DNA of 64,000 nucleotides from a virus: IMG/VR virus record IMGVR_UViG_3300035666_000015, positions 5,541 to 69,540 of that record; one strand, 5' to 3'. Shown piece by piece: positions 29,901 to 39,027 of this stretch (position 1 is its first letter; each line of letters starts with the position of its first letter). The notes under the pieces were generated by a model. It saw only the letters and a program-made list of their open reading frames with translations, ran no database searches and was not told where the DNA came from. The position numbers and the translations under genes were made by a program.

Positions 29901-32900
29901 CAAGCTCCTCTCCTTCAATCTTTTTAACAACATCGTTATCAAGCAATTCACGAATATCTTGAGGCTTGCCTCTAAGTGCTTTGCTACCTATCGACACAAG
30001 AGTCTCCCGCCACTTATCAGCGATCTTCTGTCTACCAGTAACAGATAATGAGTTGTAGGCACCTTCAAAATCAGTACTAAGACCTCCTAAGAATCCACCA
30101 ACTTGATCATTAAAATTCTTGAAAGCCTTTACACTGAATGCTTTTGGTTTTTCAGTATTTAAGAATGGTCTACGTATTGTTAAGTGTGCTTCGTTACTTC
30201 ACACCTTTATTTTAAGTTATGTTTTTCCAAGTCTTACCTTGAATTATTGCTGAAACTGTACCACTATGCACTTCAAAGGTGCGTCCTAATTCTGATAAGG
30301 AGTAACCTTTTGCATAAAGTCTTTTGATTTCTCGGACTTCTGCAGCTACTAATTTTGGCTCGTTTTTATTAGGACTCTCAGGAATAGAGATTCCTGGTAA
30401 CACATGCTTCCAAGTCTTACGATCTCTTATTTTTGAAATAGTGCCTCGTACTACAGGATAAAATTGTGCAATTTCTGAATTAGTACGTCCATCTATCATT
30501 TCGAAAATTATTTCGGACACTAGTTCTTCGTCTAATTTAGCAATTACACACTCACTTCCAACATGCATACATCCATTAGCCCAAGCATGCTCCATATTTT
30601 CGACATGAGTAATAATCTCTAAGTTTGAACTAGCATTATTACGCTTATCAGTATCTATGTGATTCACCTCACCTACTGCTGCGGGTAAGTGGCACTCAGC
30701 GACTAAAGCATGTACTTTAAATGTGTATTGTATTTTATTAATCCATAATGAAACTTTGAGGTACCCGTGGCCATCATCAGATGGCTTAAGGATTCGACCC
30801 GTTGTCATACGTCTAACGCTACCAGTATCACTTACTTCATAATCTGTATCTCTAAACTGTTTCCAGTCGATCATCTTCGTACCTTATGTTCTTAAAATAA
30901 ATCTATATGTCACCATATAGTCCAGACTATATCATCATCCATTAAAGGATGTTGGGCATTTCGAGCAGACTTCTGCTCTACAGACTTCATCATCCGTTCT
31001 GGATGGTATGTCTTAGTCGTTGAACCTTCTAAGAGATTCCTCTCTAAGCTTGGCTGCTGATTGTCTCATAGAGATTTTCCAGCAATTAACCCAATTATTC
31101 GATATGCATTACTGCATAAAGCGTCTATTTAACTAAACGTTTCACCACTTTGTGGACCTATAAAACCACGCTCATAAATACGAGCACGATGATCGAGGAA
31201 GGGAACGTTGCTGAATGCAGCATCTTGTTTACGGAGCCACTCCATCGTTTTGAAACGCTCATAAGCATCCCCACGCTCTGCAATAAAATGTTTGAACTCG
31301 TTAAGATCATCATAATACTTTGCCTTACCCTTGTCATCTTTAAAATTCAACAAATTTTGAGTAAAATCATAGAAGTCTTTGTCAATTTTATATCGAGTCT
31401 TGCTAGCCCAATTCAAGGCCTGTGCCATATCCTTGTCAATAACATCTACAGGGAACTCAGAAAAAGAGCCAGTTGATGTCACAGGAATTCTGGAGTCTTC
31501 CCACCCTAAGAGACCGTTATCAATAAAGTACGTCTTATAACCAGGTCTTACAATTAGCTGTGGACCACTCAAAGATGGCACGCGCATTCCAACATCAATC
31601 TTTCTTTGCAGCTTGGAATATTCTTGAATCACCGGATCCGTGATCCTTACATTATATGCCATCGTGTCATAGTATGGTCCAAAATAGCTACCAGACATTC
31701 GACTCTTCATTCTACGCTTCTGAACCCCAAACGTTTCCAATTGAAATAAATCATTGTTACGTTTAAGGAGCGACATACCTAGCTCATACCATTCCCGTCG
31801 GTTGCCATTGTAGTTTGCTAGATTATGTAAGTCTCTACCAAGTCCAACAGCCAATTGATCGACATCAGGAGAATCTGCCAGAGCAAGCCTGTGTGCAAAC
31901 TTCAAATAAAATTGTTGAATCTCACCCTCACCTAGCCTAGAACGAATCTTGTCAGGTATGCCTATGTCTAATGTAGATCGTAGCTTCCTAGCAATCTTTG
32001 GGGCGGTACTGTCTTCCCAAGTATTTCTAGCACGTATATTCTTGATAAGAGAGTCATGCAATTCTTTCAACTGCACATTACCTAGCACAGGATCAATATA
32101 TACATCTTGTTTTAACTTTACAAGAACGTTTGTATCTTTCCGCAGTTGATTCTCCAGAAACTCTGAAGCATTCAATACATCATATTTGACTTGAGCAACA
32201 GAGGCACCTTTAAACGAACCCCAAACTTGACCATCTCTGCGTTGTCTTTCAAACACAGTTCTCAAGTTGTCAACAACGACAGCACGCTCGTTAGAGCTCA
32301 TCTTGCTCTCAAGACTATCACTTACGCGTTTTATTAACGCCTTATCAGCAGTTTTCAAATCCTCAGATGAATCAACCAACTTTAATTTATTGGTTAGTAG
32401 TGACGGATTTGGAAGATATCTTCGATTGTCTTCATATCGTCCAGTTACGGGATTAAATACCAGATTCTGTTCAGATGGTGGACTGTTTATCACTCGATCT
32501 TTATTCGCTTTTTTACTAGAGATCAATTGACCACGGTAGTTTGTGAGACTCAATAAACCATCAGCTTCTCTAGATTGCAACTCGTAAAAATCAATAAGAT
32601 TCTTTTCAAGAGAAGGATCACTATAAAAATCATCCACACGAGACGCACCTAAGTTTAGCTGAGCGAGTTTCTGCTTTGCATTGGCTAATCTCTTAGTATC
32701 ACCTGGCAAAGTTGAATCACTTAGCTGTCTCACCTCAGCAAGACTGGCAAAATCACCGTCTTCTAAAATAAACCGATCCAATGAGATAGCTTTGCTATTA
32801 AATAGTGCAACTCTTTCATCAGTTTTCAAGTGGCGCTTCTGTATCTCAACAGGTTGTCGTCTGAGCCATTCATCATAAGACTCGCGCATTGGAGTCTGTC

Positions 32901-33738
32901 CATCGTAGAAGGCTCTTTGCTTACTAGAAAGTTTTGCTAAGTTTTGTTTTCTTACTTGAACTACACCTTCTAACTTTGAAACATCTTCCCACTTCTTGAT
33001 TATCGGTGTAGTTACAGAGCGACATCTGAAGTGAGCAGGAGGCAGCATATCTCGCTGATCTACAGTGTATATCTTACCATCTCTAGCCTTACAAATATCG
33101 CTTGTCCTTGAATCAAGCACAGCAATATATTGCCAACCTTCAAGCACCTCTTTATTCGCCACAAAGACTGCGTGGTCTGCTTGAGCATGCACACTGGTCA
33201 TTGCTGTTATCACTAAAGATTGGGAGCTATTTCTAGAAATCTTATGAACATTCCCACGTCTAATTTCAAGAGCAATCTGCTCCATATCAAGACCTTCCGA
33301 GATACCTCTTCTTATTATCTGCTCTAGACGACGCTTCTCTGCTACATTCAAACCCACCCATCCAGCAGCAAGGGTCATGTTATTGTAGATCGGTGTTTTT
33401 AGCACTAACTCTTCAGCTACCCGCTTCTTAGGGCGATTGGTTCTCCAGATACGGCCTACATTTGCGTCTAAAGCTTGAAACAAGAAAGAAACTTCGTCAA
33501 GTGCATACTCAATGAGATTCTTTTTACTATTCTGATAGAGCTCGTTATACGTAGCATCGAGCTCTTCTTTCAATAACTTCTTTTGATTTTTTAATGAACT
33601 GTTTAATACGATTTCCTTTGTACGTACCTCATGCTCACTAAGCAGGGTGTTTAGGTTAGACATCAGACCATCCTCGTAACGGCGCAGCAATGCTGCACGT
33701 TCTGTCAAGGTGTCTGATATCTGAGTATTTACATTCAT
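26989..33738 (-). CDS. MuF-domain / T7-family RNA polymerase fusion (putative virion RNAP), spliced; exons 33738-31136, 30172-29666, 28794-28692, 28440-26989; 1554 aa
   Basis: MuF motifs GWQYIAVLDSRTSDIC...PPAHFRCRS; RNAP motifs DHRARIY..FIGPQSGE, A (DASSSGAQ), B (RKAAKAQNMVTLYG, restored only by splicing), VNLNHSNDA and C (IHDAF). Exon lengths sum to 4665 nt, in frame. Confidence 0.88.
28441..28691 (-). ncRNA. group I intron 3 of the MuF-RNAP gene (251 nt, no ORF), inside motif B
   Basis: 5' exon GAAGGCU pairs with IGS GGUCUUC (U.G at the junction); P7 GACUA/UAGUC; terminal G; removal yields Rx3Kx7YG. Confidence 0.9.
28795..29665 (-). mobile_element. group I intron 2 of the MuF-RNAP gene (871 nt) with HNH ORF
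   Basis: P1 AGAGGCU/GGUCUCU; CAACGACUAG and AAGAUAUAGUCU core; terminal G; splicing gives QKQRL-YDEIA. Confidence 0.88.
28802..29467 (-). CDS. intron-encoded HNH homing endonuclease
   Basis: RVHRMVA...VNHLDGNKLNNNADNLEW followed by two HTH-like repeats. Confidence 0.9.
   Translation of the reverse strand: MTGAFMPKQYLDTPYGVSKDGTVINLTTNKVRKTFKNQGGYLCLYDSYLKESFRVHRMVATLYCDNPQKLPYVNHLDGNKLNNNADNLEWCTASANTQHAYDTGLMQRGSKMKHAKLDEALVSEIKLALLEGAGPQSLADTLCVSVGTISNIRVGRAWKHVEPLCALPPLRDNRPKLCREDVVKIKSLIESCVSDREIANLFGCNSGTIYQIRIGKNWANV
30173..31135 (-). mobile_element. group I intron 1 of the MuF-RNAP gene (963 nt) with HNH ORF
   Basis: P1 with U.G after ACGUU; UUCAACGACUA and GAUAUAGUCU core; terminal G; splicing gives GPQSGETF-RPFLNT. 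Confidence 0.88.
30212..30874 (-). CDS. intron-encoded NUMOD4/HNH homing endonuclease
   Basis: YEVSDTGSVR, KVHALVA, VNHIDTDKRNNASSNLE, two C-terminal HTH-like repeats. Confidence 0.9.
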   Translation of the reverse strand: MIDWKQFRDTDYEVSDTGSVRRMTTGRILKPSDDGHGYLKVSLWINKIQYTFKVHALVAECHLPAAVGEVNHIDTDKRNNASSNLEIITHVENMEHAWANGCMHVGSECVIAKLDEELVSEIIFEMIDGRTNSEIAQFYPVVRGTISKIRDRKTWKHVLPGISIPESPNKNEPKLVAAEVREIKRLYAKGYSLSELGRTFEVHSGTVSAIIQGKTWKNIT

Positions 33739-35183
33739 ACAGGTTCAGTTACATTTGTGTTAGTTGTTGGATCATTTGGTGTGAAATCAGAGTCATCATA
33801 AGCTGCATCTAACACATCATTTTTCTTCAATAGCTCTAACCAAACATCTCTAGGCAAGTGGCCATTTTCATACCATTCAGTTGCAAGACGTAGCCATCCT
33901 TCACCCAACACATACTCATCAAAATCATTCGATAGTCGTAATTCTATTGTGAACTTGTCATTAAAGTGCCAAGAGACTAATTCAGAGAATACTTGAGATA
34001 ATGTAGAAGACATCTTTGCAGACAGCGAGCTAATGGTAGCAGTTTGAGGAGAATCTTGCAAGCGTCTTGCGTACCCTGACTCATTTGCAACAGTCTTTGC
34101 CAGCATTCTAATACCCAATCGAGCAATCTCTTCGATATTGCTGGCGATAGCTCTATCCATATCTTGTAAAGCATCTGTTGGCGAACGTAAGACGTCAATA
34201 CGAGCGTCCGAAGGTAAATGTAACCACGAACCTAGACCAGCTTGAACAATTTTATTGAAATCTGTATCAGGAATATCTGCAAATACTACAGGAGTAAAAG
34301 CCGCTGCTGTGAATAACACATGATTTCTTCTGGTCAGCTTATTGTAAAGTACAGCCTCTTTCTCAATGATGGTCTCCAATACTGGACGCCCTTCTTTAAG
34401 CTTGCCATTAACAGGCCAGAAAGGTAAGTAATTTAAGTACTCCCCATTAGCCTTCGGAAATTGTGTGATAATCTCTGGGCTATCTTTTTTAAAGATACGT
34501 ACTTGGTACCTTCCATCTACAATTTCATGTAGCCAGATTGTAGGTATCTCTTCAGGCTCATGCTCATTCTCTGAATAATCCTCAGTAACACCTAAGATAT
34601 ATACAGCAGTTAATACCTCTTTTCCAAAGCGATCTTTATCTATTCGGTAATTGATAACTTCTTCTGCAGTCCACAGGATAGGATATGGACGTACTCTAGC
34701 TCTGTCATCGATACTCATATTGATGAATTCTTGCTCAGGCACGTTTGGATAATTAATTGATATCCAACCACGAGAAGTCTGTAATTCCTCTTGGATGCAC
34801 TGTTCAATAAACCCCATTAACGGCAGATTATCGACTGTCAATGATTCTTTCAGCCAATCAATGATTTCGGGTACTTCAGGTGATATTGTTATAGAAGGCT
34901 CCTTACGAAGCAAGCCTCCTAACACCATACGCATGAATTGAGCAGAAATCCCAGGTAACTCTGCCTCTGCCTTAAGAAGTTCGTACTGAGACTCTTCCAT
35001 TGATTCTGAAAAAGGGATTAGTACATTGGACCAATTTTGAGTATCCAAAACCAAGTCCAGATTCTTTACAGCACGAGCTCCTTCGCAGAATGCTCTTATA
35101 CGTTTCCAAACATTTATATTGTTGCGATATGTCTTGTGGAAGACAGAGACGTCCCCAAAGACATCTGACTTGGTATTCTTCAT
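33735..35183 (-). CDS. portal protein (DUF4055-like)
   Basis: 482 aa directly upstream of MuF; RPYPILWTAEEVINY, YLPFWPVNG and GIRML...ESG motifs. Confidence 0.85.
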   Translation of the reverse strand: MKNTKSDVFGDVSVFHKTYRNNINVWKRIRAFCEGARAVKNLDLVLDTQNWSNVLIPFSESMEESQYELLKAEAELPGISAQFMRMVLGGLLRKEPSITISPEVPEIIDWLKESLTVDNLPLMGFIEQCIQEELQTSRGWISINYPNVPEQEFINMSIDDRARVRPYPILWTAEEVINYRIDKDRFGKEVLTAVYILGVTEDYSENEHEPEEIPTIWLHEIVDGRYQVRIFKKDSPEIITQFPKANGEYLNYLPFWPVNGKLKEGRPVLETIIEKEAVLYNKLTRRNHVLFTAAAFTPVVFADIPDTDFNKIVQAGLGSWLHLPSDARIDVLRSPTDALQDMDRAIASNIEEIARLGIRMLAKTVANESGYARRLQDSPQTATISSLSAKMSSTLSQVFSELVSWHFNDKFTIELRLSNDFDEYVLGEGWLRLATEWYENGHLPRDVWLELLKKNDVLDAAYDDSDFTPNDPTTNTNVTEPV

Positions 35184-36743
35184 TTATAGCACCATACTAT
35201 AATTTTCACTCAACTGGTACGAAATACGCCCGACATTATCTGACTTATCTTCTATGACATATTCATTTACGATAGATGCCGTAGGCTCTATCGCAGCTAT
35301 CGCTGTAGACAACGAAGAGTAGTTAACGCCAGCTTTGCTGATTACTGTAGCTGGGAGTACGGCAGTATCTAAGATATTATAGACAGACTGGTACATCGTC
35401 ACATCTTGGGATGCTTGTATATCTACAAGTTTACCAGAAATAGCGCCGCTTGCATGAAAGATAATACCTGTAGTAGAGCATCCAGTATTGTTCGTGGCAC
35501 CGTCTGCATTAGCAATTAATCCCACGCCTACATTACCGTCTAAGTAAATATGTACACCATCCATACTAGTATTAGTACAACCTTTCAACTGTAAGTGTGA
35601 TTGCTTACAATTTCGAGTTCTACCACCAACAGCTTTAGCTCCGGTAGTTCTTTTGAATAGTAAGCCTATGCCAGAGGATACTATGTCAATACCTGTAGTT
35701 AATCCATTTTGATTAGAGCCTTGCATAACGCCGTGTCCAGCACTGGGAGCATCCCTGAATTTCAGACTTCCAACAATCCTGGTACCGCTTATAAATCCAT
35801 TATTGGATGTATTGTCGTAAGCGTTGGCACCATCATGACCGATCAATACTGCGATACCACCATTTACATCTATGTCAACTGTGCCACCTATCACTTTAGC
35901 TCTATGCGCTGGATATGTTACGTTATCACAATCAATATACACCCCGTAAGCAGTTCCAGTTGCTGATAATGTACTTAGCGAGATCTCTGGTTTGTAAACA
36001 AGAGGATTTTCTACATTTTTAATACTTATCCCTATGTCTTGCACTGCAGGAAACGCTGCGAAGTGTTCTACTTCCACTCTAGGTTCGAGAAGCGTGACCT
36101 TAACTCCAGCACCTGTTGCTGCAAAATTAAACATAGCCCTACCGACTTGTTTAGCTAGACATCGTGCAACAGGGCTACTCAAAGTTATTGATGAATTATT
36201 CCCTAAGGTTAATGCATCAATCCCACCACGATTAGAAGTAAGATCAGGAGAACCTAATAAATGGATCTCAACAGCATTTGTGCTAGTAATATTCACTGGG
36301 TAGAATGTAGCGGTGATCACCCGAACGGCACCTAAATCAAATGTAAATGGACCGGCAGTAGGTGTTAATAGTATTACATCGTTTTGAATAACACTGCCTC
36401 CTCCTAGATTTATGCCGTTAGGACCGAATCCTGCAGTTTTATTTGCCATCGCAGCTGATACCCGATAGACAGCTACCGTGCTGCTAGATTGTAAAGTAGC
36501 ACCATACGCATTTACAGAATCTATGAATATTGACTTCTGGTTTGTAAAGTAGCCAAGCCCTGCTGAGGATTCTATTTCAGAAGGAGTATATACTCCATCG
36601 CCAAACAAGATCGTGTCACCATCTGCTGCTAATTCATATGCACCACTATCTGCACCACTATCAAACATGGTACGTTTTGCCAATGCTAACGTTAATCCTG
36701 AGTTTGCATTATTACCGTGCTTTGCTATAAATATTGTTGCCAT
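35184..36743 (-). CDS. parallel beta-helix protein (pectin-lyase-like, putative depolymerase/spike)
   Basis: IFIAKHGNNANSG...ADGDTILFGDGVY beta-helix cap; Gly/Asn/Thr-rich repeats. Confidence 0.65.
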   Translation of the reverse strand: MATIFIAKHGNNANSGLTLALAKRTMFDSGADSGAYELAADGDTILFGDGVYTPSEIESSAGLGYFTNQKSIFIDSVNAYGATLQSSSTVAVYRVSAAMANKTAGFGPNGINLGGGSVIQNDVILLTPTAGPFTFDLGAVRVITATFYPVNITSTNAVEIHLLGSPDLTSNRGGIDALTLGNNSSITLSSPVARCLAKQVGRAMFNFAATGAGVKVTLLEPRVEVEHFAAFPAVQDIGISIKNVENPLVYKPEISLSTLSATGTAYGVYIDCDNVTYPAHRAKVIGGTVDIDVNGGIAVLIGHDGANAYDNTSNNGFISGTRIVGSLKFRDAPSAGHGVMQGSNQNGLTTGIDIVSSGIGLLFKRTTGAKAVGGRTRNCKQSHLQLKGCTNTSMDGVHIYLDGNVGVGLIANADGATNNTGCSTTGIIFHASGAISGKLVDIQASQDVTMYQSVYNILDTAVLPATVISKAGVNYSSLSTAIAAIEPTASIVNEYVIEDKSDNVGRISYQLSENYSMVL

Positions 36744-37045
36744 TACTCAGCCCTAATAGAGATATTGATTATTTTACCAAAAGACCAATCAAATGTTTTT
36801 ACGACACCATTTCCTGTCACTTGATATAACAATCCATTCTGATAAGTAGCAGTATATGGTATATTTTTGTCAAGCCAAGACACTGGCCCGTATGGCCCAT
36901 AAAGGACATCACTCAAGAGCGAGGCCCCTTTCTTCCGCATGACTTCGAAAGCAACTAACGTTCCTGTAAAGGTCTCTGGCCCATTAACTGCTACAACATT
37001 CGTACCGTCATTTGAAACTAACGTCCAATCTTCTGAATTAATCAT
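36743..37045 (-). CDS. hypothetical protein, paralog of 41091..41585
   Basis: Shares W.L.SNDGTNV.AVNG....GTLVAFE and YTATY...VTG.GVVKTF. Confidence 0.7.
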   Translation of the reverse strand: MINSEDWTLVSNDGTNVVAVNGPETFTGTLVAFEVMRKKGASLLSDVLYGPYGPVSWLDKNIPYTATYQNGLLYQVTGNGVVKTFDWSFGKIINISIRAE

Positions 37046-37245
37046 TAGCCTCTCCGTAATATGTTAAACTCTTCCATTGTGCCTTTAAAACATCCAGCTA
37101 ATTCATGCTCTGCAATAATATTGTCACCATCACTACGGATATTCCAGTCGGATGGGACAGTTGCAGCCATCAGCTTCTTAGAAGGATTGACGTGTTTGAT
37201 CACTTGCGTTTCTGGGGCTTTTGTCTCGGGAGGTGTTAATGTCAT
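37045..37245 (-). CDS. hypothetical protein
   Basis: 66-aa ORF coupled to the next gene. Confidence 0.6.
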   Translation of the reverse strand: MTLTPPETKAPETQVIKHVNPSKKLMAATVPSDWNIRSDGDNIIAEHELAGCFKGTMEEFNILRRG

Positions 37246-37258
37246 TTTTGTTCCTAAA

Positions 37259-37681
37259 TTATCTTGTTAAAAATCTAATACGATCAATGATGTTTATAGT
37301 CCTGCGAACTTCACCTGAAGCTTTGTGTCGTTCAAATGTAGCAGTCACGAGGTGAGGTTCGTTTTCTAGGAGTCTCAAAAACAAGTCTAATTGATGATGT
37401 CTTTCAAACTCACCAGCATGCATTGACATTGCCGTTATATGGCAATTATTTCCTCTTATCTGGGCTGTACAGGCTCCAGCATATTGTGGCAATGTCCTAT
37501 AACAAGCAGTGACACTCATAGGCTCGTTGTAAAAACGTGCAGTATAGAGTCTACCATCCACGCAACCATCACACTTTCTCTCTAGTAACGTATAAGAGTT
37601 CATGATGATATTAATGCATGGAGGTATACGAGACTTGCCCAGCCTGCAAATAAGACACTCATTGCGACTACTTGACTCCAT
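37259..37681 (-). CDS. hypothetical Cys-rich protein
   Basis: 140-aa ORF. Confidence 0.55.
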   Translation of the reverse strand: MESSSRNECLICRLGKSRIPPCINIIMNSYTLLERKCDGCVDGRLYTARFYNEPMSVTACYRTLPQYAGACTAQIRGNNCHITAMSMHAGEFERHHQLDLFLRLLENEPHLVTATFERHKASGEVRRTINIIDRIRFLTR

Positions 37682-37729
37682 TTATTAATAACATCTGTAC
37701 TTCTGCGAGATGTTCGTCGTCTATCTAGC

Positions 37730-38101
37730 TCACACTGACTCATCTGTTACTTCCTTAATCAGCCTATTAGTGATTACTTTATGGGCTTTTCTAAAGATAG
37801 TCAAAGTCTCTTCTGCAAAACAGGCAAAGAAGCCTGCCAGTACTGTAGCTGGATGTGGCGGTAAAGCCATCCAACCAGCTACACTAACCATCATGAATGA
37901 TATGCCTGTGGCCATTATGAAAAATCGCATCCAACGCTTGAAACAAGCAAGATGAGATGCGCCACATGCGGACTCAAAAGCAGTTCTTGTGAAACTAGCA
38001 ACGAATGCAATCACAAGAGCACCCCAATAAGGCCCCGTAAAGAAGCTAACGACGAGACCTGTACCAATCGAAATGACAGCTTCTTCTGTCTGTGTTTGCA
38101 T
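37730..38101 (-). CDS. membrane protein, candidate holin
   Basis: Three to four hydrophobic segments, charged C-terminus, GAGG SD. Confidence 0.55.
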   Translation of the reverse strand: MQTQTEEAVISIGTGLVVSFFTGPYWGALVIAFVASFTRTAFESACGASHLACFKRWMRFFIMATGISFMMVSVAGWMALPPHPATVLAGFFACFAEETLTIFRKAHKVITNRLIKEVTDESV

Positions 38102-38211
38102 ACGACCTCTCTTATGGTTGTTTATCGAACAGGAGGAGCTCTTTCAACTCCTCACTAACATAGTATTTATACGCGCCTAGTGACCAAAGGTTAAGAGGCG
38201 GCAGTTTAAGA

Positions 38212-38424
38212 TCAGGCCAGCTCATAAATTGTTTGCATTACTTTTCGATGAGACGCACCACTATTAATTATACTCAACCAATCAATTTGTGGTTTAAATA
38301 GTAATTTAGTGACATAGGCTCGAGGTAACTCACCAACAGACATCTCTATACGAATGTCAGTTACGCCCTCAGTATCGATGTTGAGTAATTTGCATACGTC
38401 TTCATTTGTCAAGAATTGAATCAT
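38212..38424 (-). CDS. hypothetical protein
   Basis: 70-aa coupled ORF. Confidence 0.55.
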   Translation of the reverse strand: MIQFLTNEDVCKLLNIDTEGVTDIRIEMSVGELPRAYVTKLLFKPQIDWLSIINSGASHRKVMQTIYELA

Positions 38425-38861
38425 TGCTTGCCTTGCATACGTCTACCAATCTTTTGCATACGCTTACCAACGCGTTGCGTGATTTTGCTTTTTCTAGAAA
38501 AGAGTTTTCTACCAACTGAAGAAGCCGCTGCTACTGGTATTGCGCCGCCTAAAAATGAACCCACATTACCGCCGACTTTGGCAGCTGCTGGGCTTCTTGT
38601 GGCCATATACGCTAGTGCAGCTCCGGTACCTCTAGCATAATAGTCAATTTTCTTCGCATTGGATATTGACGCGGCAAGTCCTGCACCTGTAGTACCTGCC
38701 ATAAGTTTCAGACCAGTATTGGTGGCGAATCTCACGTTTTCCACCTTTTTACCAGTTTTTTCCAAGCGTCTACCAGTACGGTTTCTTTTTTTCAAACCTT
38801 CGGATATAGCTTTTTTCCAAGCTGCATCCATTTTTCTACCTATACTCATTTTTAGCTCCAT
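38421..38861 (-). CDS. basic Gly/Ala-rich protein, paralog of 47190..47708
   Basis: GRKMDAAWKKAISEGLK versus GRRMDDAWKKAISEGLK. Confidence 0.75.
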   Translation of the reverse strand: MELKMSIGRKMDAAWKKAISEGLKKRNRTGRRLEKTGKKVENVRFATNTGLKLMAGTTGAGLAASISNAKKIDYYARGTGAALAYMATRSPAAAKVGGNVGSFLGGAIPVAAASSVGRKLFSRKSKITQRVGKRMQKIGRRMQGKQ

Positions 38862-39027
38862 TTACAGTATCTTCAATAATAATAATAATAAGGCTTACCT
38901 GATCTGCGTTATATCCATCTAGTTTTAAATACCGTGATCCATCGGTTCGCGTTTCAAACATTGCCCCAGGATTGAATTAAGCCAGATTGCACCCCTTCGG
39001 GGGTGCTCGGTTGATTCTAGTGGATTT

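Noticed and set aside
29635-29997. Stand-alone 120-aa protein
   Set aside because: It is part of exon 2 of the MuF-RNAP; the frame is open upstream to 30171 and its last codons are intron sequence.
26989-33738. Reading the RNAP fragments as a pseudogene, separate subunits, or stop-codon readthrough
   Set aside because: Each break coincides with a group I intron core, and exact splicing restores frame and motifs. Other genes end normally at TAA, TAG and TGA, so there is no sign of recoding.
38989-39006. GCACCCC-TTCG-GGGGTGC hairpin as a terminator
   Set aside because: No U tract on either side; it may be a stability hairpin or a remnant, so it was not called.
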